From NCBI GenBank assembly GCA_963707985.1, contig CAVPRW010000032.1, positions 151,919-215,918 on the forward strand: a DNA stretch of 64,000 nt, given 5' to 3'. Positions 29,107 through 38,810 of this stretch are shown here, in pieces. The position numbers and the translations under genes are program-made. The stretch's first letter is position 1, and each line of letters begins with the position of its first letter. This DNA comes from an uncultured Nitrospinota bacterium. GTDB lineage: Bacteria; Tectomicrobia; Entotheonellia; J063; CAVPRW01. The notes beneath the pieces were generated by a model. It was not told the origin of the DNA and did not search any database. It saw nothing but the letters and a program-made list of their open reading frames with translations.

Positions 29107-29673
29107 ATGTTGAACTGGGGACAGCAACGAGCGCGCGAAGAGCGATTTGCTACCTTGGTCCTGCCCCATCTGGATGCCCTCCATTACGCCGCCATGCGCC
29201 TGACCAGAGATGCGAGCAGCGCCGAGGATCTGGTCCAAGAAACCTTTCTGCGAGCCTATCGTGCGTTGCATCAATTGGCTCAGGAGGAGAGCTGCCGAGC
29301 CTGGCTGATGAAGATTATGTCCAATATCTGGCTGAATCAACGCCACAGACGAGGGCGTGAACACCTGGCGTTGGACATTAATGAGCTCGATCTCTCCGCT
29401 GCCGATGTGGCCCCGTGGAGTCACCAGCCGATCCCCGAGGAACCGGAACGTGCGGTAAGCCGGAAACAATTCTGCGAGGACTTGGATCAGGCATTGCACC
29501 AGCTACCTGAGGCCTTCCGCATTGTAGTCATGTTGGCGGATGTCGAAGGGTTAAGCTATAAAGAGGTCGCCGAGACTCTACGGTGTCCCATCGGCACCGT
29601 CATGTCCCGCCTCTATCGTGCCCGACAGTTCCTGCGCAAGGCCCTGTGGGTGCACGCCCGGCAGAGCTCGTAA
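29107..29673 (+). CDS. ECF sigma-70 factor
   Basis: AEDLVQETFLRAY; LSYKEVAETLRCPIGTVMSRLYRAR. Confidence 0.93.
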   Translation: MLNWGQQRAREERFATLVLPHLDALHYAAMRLTRDASSAEDLVQETFLRAYRALHQLAQEESCRAWLMKIMSNIWLNQRHRRGREHLALDINELDLSAADVAPWSHQPIPEEPERAVSRKQFCEDLDQALHQLPEAFRIVVMLADVEGLSYKEVAETLRCPIGTVMSRLYRARQFLRKALWVHARQSS

Positions 29674-29690
29674 CGCCCTTCGCCCAATTC

Positions 29691-29718
29691 TTGACATAGC
29701 GCGGGGAGATGCTATCCT
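29691..29718 (+). promoter_or_regulatory. sigma70-like promoter for the kinase/activator operon
   Basis: TTGACA-N16-TATCCT with extended -10 TG. Confidence 0.55.
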
Positions 29719-29803
29719 ACGCTGGTGTGGAGGTATTCTGCGGCTGGGCTCTCCAGCCAGCTGCATACATACGTGATGGACGTAAGCGTGGGCAAATATA
29801 TCC

Positions 29804-31639
29804 ATGCGTGTAATCAACCGCCCCTTGATTTTCCTGCTGGTGATTATTTTGCTTTTCGTCGGGGCCAACTTCCTCGTAACTGTGGCCTTTGTGAACCAAC
29901 TCACCACCAGCATGCTGAAGAAAACCGCTTTTCTCCTGGCAGATCAGATTAAGCTGGTGGTCACGACCGTGCTGGAACGTGATCTGAGTGAGTTCCCGTT
30001 CACGGGCGATGAAAAGTTCCAGCGCTTTCTCGAAGCCTACAAGAAGGGCTCCGAGCTCATCCGCAACGTGCAGATTATTGACAAAGACTACACCATTCGG
30101 TTTAGCGGCGACCCGACGCTCATCGGTGAAAAATACGTCGGCAGTACCCTGCGGGAAGCCTTAGAGGCGGCGCAGCCGGTGGTGTTGGAAGAGTCGTGGA
30201 CCACGGAGACGGTCGTCTACGACGTCTGGATGCCATTGTTGAATAAGGATAATCCTCAGGGGTTCATCCGCGTCATCCTACATTCACCTGAGGTCCGCAA
30301 GATTTATGGCTCCACCCAAGGACGCTTCATGGTGCTCTACGGCGTCGTCCTCTCGCTCGTGCTCACCACCATTGTGATCATGACCCAACAGCTGCGCAAA
30401 CCCATCGACTGGCTGGCGGAATCACTGAGCTTGATTGCCGAGGGGAATTTCAAAAGCCTTCGACCGTATCGCCGGAACGATGAATTTACGCCCTTATTTG
30501 AATCTCTGGAGAAAGTTTCGCGCGTGATGCAGAGCGTCCAAGAAAGTTGGCATGTGGGTGAGAGTCGTGTGTTAGACACCGATGACGTGCTGGAAGAAGG
30601 CGTGGTCGTGCTCGACTCGCAAATGCGCCTGCGCTTTGCGAATCCCGCGGCGGTGGCGATGCTGAGCTCCAGTGTTGATAGCTTGCTGGTACACGATTGG
30701 GATAGGGTGCTGGCCAACAACGAGGCATTGCGGGAGCCGATTGAAGAGGTCGTTCAGAAGGGCTTGCTGGTCCGCGAGCGTGACGTGGAGGTGAACGCCC
30801 GCGAGCGTTGGATGGAGCTCCGCCTCAACGGCTATCCCATTGCCTCGGATGCTGGAGGTCTCGCCGCGGCTGTCCTGCTCCTGCGTGATGCGGTGCGAGC
30901 TCGCATGCTCGAGCGAGATCTGGTGTATGCTTCGCGTTTTAAAGCCATTACTGACCTGTATATGGGGATCACTCACGATATCAAGGTACCGCTGCATGCC
31001 GTAATCATGCATTTGGAAATGCTGCGCAAAGAGGTGGGCGGCGACAGCCGGGGTGGCGAGGAGAAGAAGGCGGTCCGCTATATCGATAGTATCGCCCAGG
31101 AGATCAAACGTCTGGAGACCATCATTCGTGCCTTTCTGGACTACGCCTCACCCTTCAAAAATCAGGTGGAGTTGGTCGACTTGCGTCAGATCATTTGGGA
31201 CTGTATGGCACTGCTCGAATCCGAGGCGGCGCGGAAAGATATTACCTTGCGTCAAGAGGTGTCTGCTGAACCGCTTTGGGTCTATGGCGACGATGCTAGG
31301 CTGAAGCAGGCGCTACTCAATCTTGCCGTCAATGCATTTGATGCCATGTCGAGCGGTGGAACGTTGACGATACGAGGCATACAATACAATGGCGAATGCG
31401 TGTTAGAAATCCAGGACACAGGCCATGGTATCAAGGACGACGAAAAGGCCAAGATTTTCCGCTTTCACTATTCTACCAAGGATAGCGGCAGCGGCGTCGG
31501 CCTTTCGATCGTCAAAATGATTACTGAATATCATGGGGGACGAGTAGAATTCGATAGCACCGCAGGCAAAGGGAGTCTTTTCACCCTCAGGTTCCCGAAA
31601 GGTCGTGAGGATGGCACAGAAAATCATCATCATCGATGA
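29804..31639 (+). CDS. Sensor histidine kinase (TM-periplasmic-HAMP-PAS-HisKA-HATPase)
   Basis: THDIKVPL H-box, LKQALLNLAVNA, DTGHGI, GSGVGLSI. Confidence 0.92.
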   Translation: MRVINRPLIFLLVIILLFVGANFLVTVAFVNQLTTSMLKKTAFLLADQIKLVVTTVLERDLSEFPFTGDEKFQRFLEAYKKGSELIRNVQIIDKDYTIRFSGDPTLIGEKYVGSTLREALEAAQPVVLEESWTTETVVYDVWMPLLNKDNPQGFIRVILHSPEVRKIYGSTQGRFMVLYGVVLSLVLTTIVIMTQQLRKPIDWLAESLSLIAEGNFKSLRPYRRNDEFTPLFESLEKVSRVMQSVQESWHVGESRVLDTDDVLEEGVVVLDSQMRLRFANPAAVAMLSSSVDSLLVHDWDRVLANNEALREPIEEVVQKGLLVRERDVEVNARERWMELRLNGYPIASDAGGLAAAVLLLRDAVRARMLERDLVYASRFKAITDLYMGITHDIKVPLHAVIMHLEMLRKEVGGDSRGGEEKKAVRYIDSIAQEIKRLETIIRAFLDYASPFKNQVELVDLRQIIWDCMALLESEAARKDITLRQEVSAEPLWVYGDDARLKQALLNLAVNAFDAMSSGGTLTIRGIQYNGECVLEIQDTGHGIKDDEKAKIFRFHYSTKDSGSGVGLSIVKMITEYHGGRVEFDSTAGKGSLFTLRFPKGREDGTENHHHR

Positions 31640-33134
31640 CGACATGCTGACGCGTATTAGCACGGCTGACCTGATCAAGAGTTGGGGCTACGAGGTCGAG
31701 ACGGCCGCCTCCTTCAATGAAGGGTTGAAGCTTATCAATGAAGCCGTGCCCGATATCGCTATTCTCGATTTGCGGCTGCCGGACGGTGATGGCATGGAAT
31801 TACTCAGCCTGATCCGGGAACAACATCCACAGGTCGATGCCGTCATCTTGACCGGCCATGCCTCCATCGATTCCGCCATCGATGCCATCAAGAAGGGGGC
31901 AGAGAATTACCTGGAAAAACCGAGTGATCCCAATCGCCTGCTCGTCACCCTGAAGAAAATCGCCGAAAAAAAGGATATGCGCTCTGAGATTGTCACCTTG
32001 CGACGCCAACTGCAGAAGATGGGCGCGTTTGGGGCGTTGATTGGCAAGGCCAAGCCGATGCAAAGACTCTATACCCTCATCGAACGTGTCGCCACCAGCG
32101 CCGTGCCGGTATTTATCACCGGCGAGAGTGGCACGGGGAAGGAATTAGTCGCCCAGACTATTCATAACCTCAGCAAACGGCAGCGGGAACATTTCGTGGC
32201 CATTAACTGCGGCGCAGTGCCGCCAACGCTCATCGAAAATGAGCTGTTCGGCCATGAAAGAGGGGCCTTCACCGGAGCCGATCAACGTCAGGAGGGCTAC
32301 TTCGAAATGGCCGATGATGGGAGCATTTTCCTCGACGAGATCACCGAGATGCCCCCCGACCTCCAGGTCAAGCTGTTACGTGTCCTGGAACAAAGTAAGT
32401 TCCGTCGCATCGGCGGCCGCCAGGAAATCGAGATAGACGTGCGTGTCATCTCGGCGACGAACCGCGATCCGTTCAAGGCCATCGAAGAGCATAAGCTGCG
32501 TGAAGACCTGTATTATCGCCTGAATGTATTCCCAATTCACGTGCCGCCGCTGCGCGAGCGGTTGGATGATATCCCTCTGCTGGCGTCATATTTTCTCGAA
32601 CTCTTGAATGAAAAAGAAGATAAGGATATCACCAGTATTGAGCCTGAAGTGTTGCAGGCATTGCAATTACACTCGTGGCCGGGCAACGTTCGTGAACTAC
32701 GCAACGTGATGAACCGAGCATACATACTGGCCTCGTCCAATACCATTACCGTCAGTGCCCTGCCCGATGAGCTGAAGCCGCCGAACGCTGCCAGGCCCCG
32801 GCTGAGGGTGCTGGAGATTCCCATTGGTCTCACCTTAGAGGAGATTCAGAGGCGCGTCATCGCCGCCACTCTCGAATATGTCTCGGGCGATACCTCCAAA
32901 GCCGATGAGCTTTTGGGCATCCCGGCCAAGCCATTGACGGAGATCAGCGCCGTGAATGATGGCTCCCCGACGGTGGCTATTCGGGTGGGGACATCGATCG
33001 AGGAGGTCGAAAAGCTGTTAATTACCAAGACTCTTCAGCTCAACCATGGCAACAAACCGAAGACCGCAGAGAGCCTCGGCATTAGCTTGAAAACACTTTA
33101 TAACAAACTGGAGCGCTATGAGCCCAAGGGGTAG
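31611..33134 (+). CDS. NtrC-family sigma54 activator with two tandem Fis-like C-terminal modules
   Basis: REC domain, [31 protein letters not shown], duplicated HTH-like segment. Confidence 0.95.
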   Translation: MAQKIIIIDDDMLTRISTADLIKSWGYEVETAASFNEGLKLINEAVPDIAILDLRLPDGDGMELLSLIREQHPQVDAVILTGHASIDSAIDAIKKGAENYLEKPSDPNRLLVTLKKIAEKKDMRSEIVTLRRQLQKMGAFGALIGKAKPMQRLYTLIERVATSAVPVFITGESGTGKELVAQTIHNLSKRQREHFVAINCGAVPPTLIENELFGHERGAFTGADQRQEGYFEMADDGSIFLDEITEMPPDLQVKLLRVLEQSKFRRIGGRQEIEIDVRVISATNRDPFKAIEEHKLREDLYYRLNVFPIHVPPLRERLDDIPLLASYFLELLNEKEDKDITSIEPEVLQALQLHSWPGNVRELRNVMNRAYILASSNTITVSALPDELKPPNAARPRLRVLEIPIGLTLEEIQRRVIAATLEYVSGDTSKADELLGIPAKPLTEISAVNDGSPTVAIRVGTSIEEVEKLLITKTLQLNHGNKPKTAESLGISLKTLYNKLERYEPKG

Positions 33135-33217
33135 GGTAATTTTTACAAACCCCCCTGATCACTGTCCGTCGAAGAGATGACCGGCACCCCCACCCCCCAA
33201 TGATTGAAATTCTTACA
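33135..33217. promoter_or_regulatory. Candidate enhancer (UAS) boxes
   Basis: GGTAATTTTTACA (33135-33147) and TGAAATTCTTACA (33205-33217), 170-250 bp upstream of the sigma54 promoter. Confidence 0.5.
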
Positions 33218-33383
33218 AGAGATGTAGCTGTTTGGCGACAGCCGGAAAAGTCATCGCTGCCCTATCCCACCCTGCGAAATCTCCCTGCCAAACCGTTATA
33301 TTGCTTTACAAGAAGCCATTCCACACGCTTTCACCGCGTTCGATTTCCATGCTGAGGGAGGTCAACAGACGGTCAACTCGGAG

Positions 33384-33400
33384 TGGCATCACCCGTGCAT
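33384..33400 (+). promoter_or_regulatory. sigma54 (-24/-12) promoter
   Basis: TGGCATCACCCGTGCAT: GG-N10-GC. Confidence 0.75.
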
Positions 33401-33409
33401 ATGGCTTAT

Positions 33410-33582
33410 CATAAGCAACTACAGCAGACCCGGCGATAGTGATAGCGGAGATCCTTACCGGGGGGAAAGGATCTCCGCTATAACGAGCCGGTCTGCTGCG
33501 GCCCCTGAGGTGGGACCCGAGACTGGCTACAGCAGCATTGGGGGGATGCTGCCGTACTGGGCCCTTCCTCAGGGGATTTTTC
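33410..33582 (+). ncRNA. Candidate sigma54-dependent sRNA with two long hairpins
   Basis: Begins at the predicted TSS. Hairpin 1 (33422-33498) has a 15-bp perfect inner stem; hairpin 2 (33502-33575) is followed by ATTTTTCT. Both loops contain six Gs. Confidence 0.7.
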
Positions 33583-33878
33583 TAGAAATTGCCGTCTTTA
33601 CTAATACTTGGCTGCCAGCCGAAGAGTTCAACGCCTCAATCGCCGCGTTCAGTTTATCCCGCCCGCAGGCCTCTGTATGTGAACAAAATTATTTGCAATT
33701 CTTCGCTCGAGAGATGAACCCCACCCCAGCATTGTTCGCCACTCCGTGATTTTCTATTTTCACTCAGCACTGTTATGGTACAATACCATCCTTTGCGATT
33801 CCGTGGAGGCGAACGTCACGCCTCTTGAGCTCGCCGCGACATGGGAGTGCGGCATGTCAGGAAGGCGGAGGATCATAG

Positions 33879-35048
33879 ATGCTGGCTGAGTTTCTGCAAG
33901 AGGCATCGGTGGTGCGGGCTTTTGCCGAGATCGAGGCCCACCATGAGGACCTAGTACGGTTAATTATTCGTCTGTGCGAAATCCCCTCGCCCACCTTTGC
34001 GGAGGGGCCACGCGCACAGGCCGTGGCTGAGGAGTTGCGGGCTCTTGGCTTGCAAGATGTCCATGTCGATGCGGCCCAGAATGTGATCGGCGTCCTGCCA
34101 GGGCCTGAACCGGGTCCCACATTTCTCCTTGATGCGCACACCGATACGGTGTTCCCGGCTGGAACCGATGTGCGGGTGCGGCGTGAGGATGGCAAGCTCA
34201 AGGCACCCGGTGTTGGTGATGATACCACAAACCTCGCCTGTGGGTTGTTCTTGCTGCGGTTGGTACGCGATTCTGGCCTCTCAATCCCAGGGACGCTGAT
34301 TTTCTCGGGGACCGCAGGTGAAGAGGGGCTCGGCGATCTCTGTGGCATCAAGGCTGTCATGCATGAGCTGGTTGGTCGTGTGGATTACGTCCTGGCGTTG
34401 GACGGGCAGTTAGGGCGTATTTGCAATCAGGGGGTCGGTAGCCATCGTCATAAGATTACGGTGAAGGCCCAGGGGGGGCATAGTTGGGCGGATTTTGGCG
34501 CGCCGAGTGCCATTCACGCCTTGGGGGCAACGATTGCCAGGATTTCTAAACTCGAAGTACCGAAAAATCCGCGTACGACGTTCAATGCCGGTATCATCTC
34601 CGGCGGGACCTCTGTGAACACCATTGCCGAGTCGGCCGAGATGCTCCTGGATCTGCGTTCGGTCAGCGCAGAAGAGCTTACAAGCCTCGAGAACCAGGTC
34701 ATGGCGATCATTCCCGAGATCGAGCACGAGTACAATGTGCATATCGAGTGCCAGTTGGTCGGGGACCGCCCGGCCGGCTCCCAAGCCGACACCACATGGA
34801 TCGTGGATACCATTCGCCAGGTGCATGCCACGCTTGGTCTCCAATCCCAGGTGAACGCTGCCAGCACGAATGCTAACGTCCCCTTGAGTCAGGGGATTCC
34901 AGCTGTGGTTATTGGCACTTATACGGGAAGGGGCACGCATCGACTGGAAGAATGGATCGACGAACGCTCGATCATCCTTGGCATGAAACAACTGGTGCTT
35001 ACCGTGCTGGCGTTGCAGCACCGTGCGACACTCCTGGGCACGCGCTAA
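33879..35048 (+). CDS. M20-family metallopeptidase
   Basis: DAHTDTVF, APGVGDD, GEEGLGDL, GGHSW, GGTSVNTI. Confidence 0.9.
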   Translation: MLAEFLQEASVVRAFAEIEAHHEDLVRLIIRLCEIPSPTFAEGPRAQAVAEELRALGLQDVHVDAAQNVIGVLPGPEPGPTFLLDAHTDTVFPAGTDVRVRREDGKLKAPGVGDDTTNLACGLFLLRLVRDSGLSIPGTLIFSGTAGEEGLGDLCGIKAVMHELVGRVDYVLALDGQLGRICNQGVGSHRHKITVKAQGGHSWADFGAPSAIHALGATIARISKLEVPKNPRTTFNAGIISGGTSVNTIAESAEMLLDLRSVSAEELTSLENQVMAIIPEIEHEYNVHIECQLVGDRPAGSQADTTWIVDTIRQVHATLGLQSQVNAASTNANVPLSQGIPAVVIGTYTGRGTHRLEEWIDERSIILGMKQLVLTVLALQHRATLLGTR

Positions 35049-35268
35049 GATCCAGGCGCCGGCATTGCACTCACGGTTGCAGCGCTCCCCACCCGTCCTT
35101 ACCTCTCGATGGATGAGGGTTGGGGAGGGGTTGAAAGCGTGGCACACGGTACAGAGATCATCACCGCAGGTGAGCGGTGTACTCGTAGTACGGTGCGACA
35201 GATGGATGCGGAAGTAGAGCGAGAGGTATGGTGGAGAGGCGGACAAGGCAATACAAGGAGGTGGGAGC

Positions 35269-36723
35269 TTGGCGGACAATACGCGGCAACTTTATATCGG
35301 CGGACAATGGGTTGGGGCAACGAGCGGTCGCACATTTGATGTGGTTAATCCAGCCACGCGAGAACCGATTGCCAGTGTGGCCGATGGTGGACCCGATGAA
35401 GCCAGGGCGGCGGTGGATGCCGCGGCCACGGCCTTTACCACATGGTCCAAACTTCCTGGCGTCGAGCGCGGGCGCGTACTGGCCAAAACCTATCAACTGA
35501 TGCTGGCACGATGCGATGATCTCGCACGCCTGGTCACACAAGAAAATGGCAAGCCCTTTGAGGAAGCGCGTAAGGAGGTTATGTTTGCGGCTGGCTATTT
35601 CAGCTGGTTCGCGGAAGAGGCCCGTCGTGTGTATGGTGAGATCGTGCCCTCGCCGTTCAGCAACAAACGGCTGTGGGTTATTAAGCAACCGCTGGGGGTC
35701 GTGGCGGCAATCACACCGTGGAATTTCCCATCGACGATGGTCACCCGTAAGATTGCCCCAGCGCTGGCCGCCGGGTGTCCGGTCGTGCTCAAGCCCGCTT
35801 CCGCCACCCCTCTGACAGCGCTGGCCCTAGCCGAGGTCGTGCATGAGGCGGGGCTGCCAGGTGGGGTGTTCAATGTGGTCGTGGGCAAGCGATCGAGTCC
35901 GCTCGCCGAGGAGTTTTTGCGACACCCAAAGGTCCGCAAGATCGCCTTCACCGGCTCCACTGAAGTTGGTAAGGAGCTGATGGCCAAAGCCTCGAATCAG
36001 CTCAAACATGTGTCGTTCGAGCTCGGCGGCAACGCGCCGTTCGTGGTGTTCGACGACGCCAACCTGAAGGAGGCGGTCGAGGGGGCAGCAGCGATCAAAT
36101 TTATGCGCGTCGCTGGCCAGTCATGTATCTGTGCCAACCGCATCTACGTCCAGGAGGGCATTGCACCGCGCTTTATACCTGCTTTCGTCGACCGTGTCAA
36201 AGCCATCAAGGTTGGAGAGGGCTTTCAACCGGGTGTCGAGGTTGGGCCGCTGATCAACGAAGAAACGTTGGACAAGGTCGATAGCCTGGTCCGCGATGCC
36301 GTCGCCAAGGGAGCCAAAATCGCTGCTGGTGGCGGTCGCCTGACCACGGGAGCATTGGCGAAGGGGTTTTTCTATGCCCCGACAGTGCTCCTCGACGTCA
36401 AAGAGGATATGCCGGTGTGCCAGGAAGAGATTTTTGGGCCTGTTGCCCCCGTCCTCACCTTCCGCACTGATGAGGAAGTGATTGAGCGCGCCAACGACAC
36501 GGTTTTTGGCCTGGCCAGCTATTTTTACACCAATGATTACGCGCGCATCATCCGCGTCGCGGAAGGCCTGGATTATGGTCTCGTCGGCGTCAACGATGCC
36601 GCCGGTTATACCCATGAAATCCCCTTCGGCGGCTTCAAGGAAAGTGGTCTAGGCCGTGAGGGTGGGAAGGAGGGGATGGATGAGTATATGGAGATCAAGT
36701 CGATTGTGGTGAATATGGGTTAG
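35269..36723 (+). CDS. gabD: NAD(P)-dependent succinate-semialdehyde dehydrogenase-like ALDH
   Basis: ITPWNFP, FTGSTEVG, ELGGNAP, GQSCICANR, EEIFGP, PFGGFKESGLGREG. Confidence 0.85.
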   Translation: MADNTRQLYIGGQWVGATSGRTFDVVNPATREPIASVADGGPDEARAAVDAAATAFTTWSKLPGVERGRVLAKTYQLMLARCDDLARLVTQENGKPFEEARKEVMFAAGYFSWFAEEARRVYGEIVPSPFSNKRLWVIKQPLGVVAAITPWNFPSTMVTRKIAPALAAGCPVVLKPASATPLTALALAEVVHEAGLPGGVFNVVVGKRSSPLAEEFLRHPKVRKIAFTGSTEVGKELMAKASNQLKHVSFELGGNAPFVVFDDANLKEAVEGAAAIKFMRVAGQSCICANRIYVQEGIAPRFIPAFVDRVKAIKVGEGFQPGVEVGPLINEETLDKVDSLVRDAVAKGAKIAAGGGRLTTGALAKGFFYAPTVLLDVKEDMPVCQEEIFGPVAPVLTFRTDEEVIERANDTVFGLASYFYTNDYARIIRVAEGLDYGLVGVNDAAGYTHEIPFGGFKESGLGREGGKEGMDEYMEIKSIVVNMG

Positions 36724-36751
36724 CCCGTCGGCGACGTCACTCGTGTGCGGA

Positions 36752-36787
36752 CACCGGAGGGTTGCAGTCGCTGACCCTCTGGTGTCT
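36752..36787. terminator. Hairpin downstream of the ALDH gene (no U tract)
   Basis: GACACCGGAGGGT...ACCCTCTGGTGTC. Confidence 0.4.
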
Positions 36788-37153
36788 GCGCGACTGCTCC
36801 ATATACGGCACATGGCCGGCACCAGCGCTGTGGTCGGCTACACTGGTTTTTGAATGTACGATTGCCTATCTCTTGCACCGAAGTGTTTCCCATCGCGTCG
36901 ATACGTGCCATCAGCTCTGCATGCTCCACCATCCGCAAGTTTCCTCTCCGGCAGTTTTCGCTGGCCCAAGTAAAGCCCTGTCCTAGAAGCCCTGCCCGTG
37001 ATCTGGAAAGCGCTGTAAGGGAAAAAGTGGCGAGGAGTCGTTCCATGTGTCGGGAAAACCCTTTGCCACTTTTTGGTTGTCATGAGAGCTGGAGCCGCGC
37101 AGAATAGAGTTCCATAATCTATGGCCAACTTCTACTGAGGGAGGATTTCTCGC

Positions 37154-37426
37154 ATGGATGCTTTGGTCGCAAGGATCTCCAAGAATCCCACCGAGGAAGT
37201 GCGTGTTTCGTTAACGAGTTATCGCGGGCATGATCTTGTCGATATTCGTGTGTTCTTCCAGGATGAACAGGGAGAGTGGCGCCCTACTAAACGGGGGGTA
37301 TCCCTATCAGTCGATTCCTTTGCTGAGCTGCGCGAAGCTGTCGTCAAAGCCGAAGAGATGATTAACACGCTGCCGTCGGCCGGTAAAAGCTCCGGCAGAT
37401 CGCGCACCAAGAAGGCTGCCGAATAG
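37154..37426 (+). CDS. PC4/p15 (YdbC-like) ssDNA-binding protein
   Basis: EEVRVSLTSYRGHDLVDIRVF...WRPTKRGVSL. Confidence 0.88.
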   Translation: MDALVARISKNPTEEVRVSLTSYRGHDLVDIRVFFQDEQGEWRPTKRGVSLSVDSFAELREAVVKAEEMINTLPSAGKSSGRSRTKKAAE

Positions 37427-37482
37427 CATAGCTGGGTGTACACCCCGGTGTGCCCCGCGGCCCTCAGTGTCCTACTTTTCCC

Positions 37483-37512
37483 TTGACACCATTGGGGGCA
37501 AGTTGCTAGAAA
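37483..37512 (+). promoter_or_regulatory. sigma70-like promoter
   Basis: TTGACA-N18-TAGAAA with extended -10 TG. Confidence 0.55.
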
Positions 37513-37516
37513 CAGA

Positions 37517-37662
37517 GAATTCTCACTGCACCCTGTCTAGTCGATGGATGGGAGGTCGGCCCGGCACAGGGGGTCCTCAGGCCGAGCACATGTTGCTAGG
37601 GGACCAGACAGGAAGCTATCATTGCATCCGTCATTAAGCCAATCGCTCTGGTACAGAGATTC
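37517..37662 (+). ncRNA. Candidate structured RNA (5' leader or 6S-like rod)
   Basis: Nested helices 37517-37532/37650-37662, 37543-37550/37625-37632 and 37572-37578/37599-37605. Confidence 0.4.
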
Positions 37663-37712
37663 GTCATTGCGGACCAGCAACTTCGAGCTTCGAGTGAGGG
37701 AGGCGAACCAGT

Positions 37713-38606
37713 ATGGATATTGTCAAAGGTAAAGTCGCGGTCATCACAGGGTCGGGACGCGGGATTGGCCGTGAAATCGCCCTGCTCATGGGCCAGGAAG
37801 GGGGGAAGGTCGTCATCAATGATGTGGGTGCGGATCTATCGGGACGGGGTTTGGATCCAGGCGTCGCCGATGCCGTCGTGAAGGAGATTAAGGACGCGGG
37901 CGGCGAGGCTGTGGCCAACTATGACTCGGTGGCCACCTATGAAGGTGGCAAGAACATGATCCAGACAGCTCTCAACGCCTTTGGCAAACTGGACGTCGTC
38001 GTCCATGTCGCCGGTATCTTGCGCGACCGCATGATCTTTAATATGAGCGAGGAAGAGTGGGACGACGTCATCCGCGTGCATTTGAAGGGGACGTTTAACG
38101 TCTGTCAACCAGCCACCGTCCTCATGCGCCAACAGAAGAGCGGTCGTATCATCTGCTTCTCTTCGGTTTCTGCTGCCGGCAATACCGGTCAAGCGAATTA
38201 CGCGGCCGCCAAGGCGGGCATTCTGGGATTTGTGCGCACGGTGGCGAAAGAAATGGCCCGGTACGACGTTACCGTCAACGCCATCTGGCCCGGCGCCGAT
38301 ACTCGCATGACGGCGTCAGTGCCAGAGCGTGCTCGTGAGTTGCGCACCCAGGCCGGGATTACGGTGCAGGCACGTCGAGCCGACCGCCATCCGCGCCATG
38401 TCGCGTCTGTTGTCGTGTATCTGGCCTCCGATGAAGCCAGCGACATCACTGGCCAGTGTGTAGCGGTAAGTGGCGACCGTCTACAGATCATCTCGCACCC
38501 TGAACCGGTACGCACTGCATTCATGGCGGGAGGCTGGACCATCGAGAAGTTGCAAGAGCTCTTCAAGCCCACCCTGGGCGAGGGATGGAATCTGCGGCGC
38601 ATCTAA
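37713..38606 (+). CDS. Short-chain dehydrogenase/reductase
   Basis: TGSGRGIG, AGILRD, YAAAK. Confidence 0.93.
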   Translation: MDIVKGKVAVITGSGRGIGREIALLMGQEGGKVVINDVGADLSGRGLDPGVADAVVKEIKDAGGEAVANYDSVATYEGGKNMIQTALNAFGKLDVVVHVAGILRDRMIFNMSEEEWDDVIRVHLKGTFNVCQPATVLMRQQKSGRIICFSSVSAAGNTGQANYAAAKAGILGFVRTVAKEMARYDVTVNAIWPGADTRMTASVPERARELRTQAGITVQARRADRHPRHVASVVVYLASDEASDITGQCVAVSGDRLQIISHPEPVRTAFMAGGWTIEKLQELFKPTLGEGWNLRRI

Positions 38607-38810
38607 GCAGCCGTGGCTCACGTGCCCCAGCGCCGCTATACGAGCCAGTTGTATAGCCGCAGGCAAGTCCTGCGGCTTTTCTGTGTCCACACCGATCGAC
38701 ACCGATATCATCCCGGCTGGATACCCGGTAGAGGAATGACCAAAACGCTTTCAGGCGACGCGGGGAGAAAGATACCATCCGGACCGCGTGTAAGGGTTGA
38801 AGAGGTGGCA

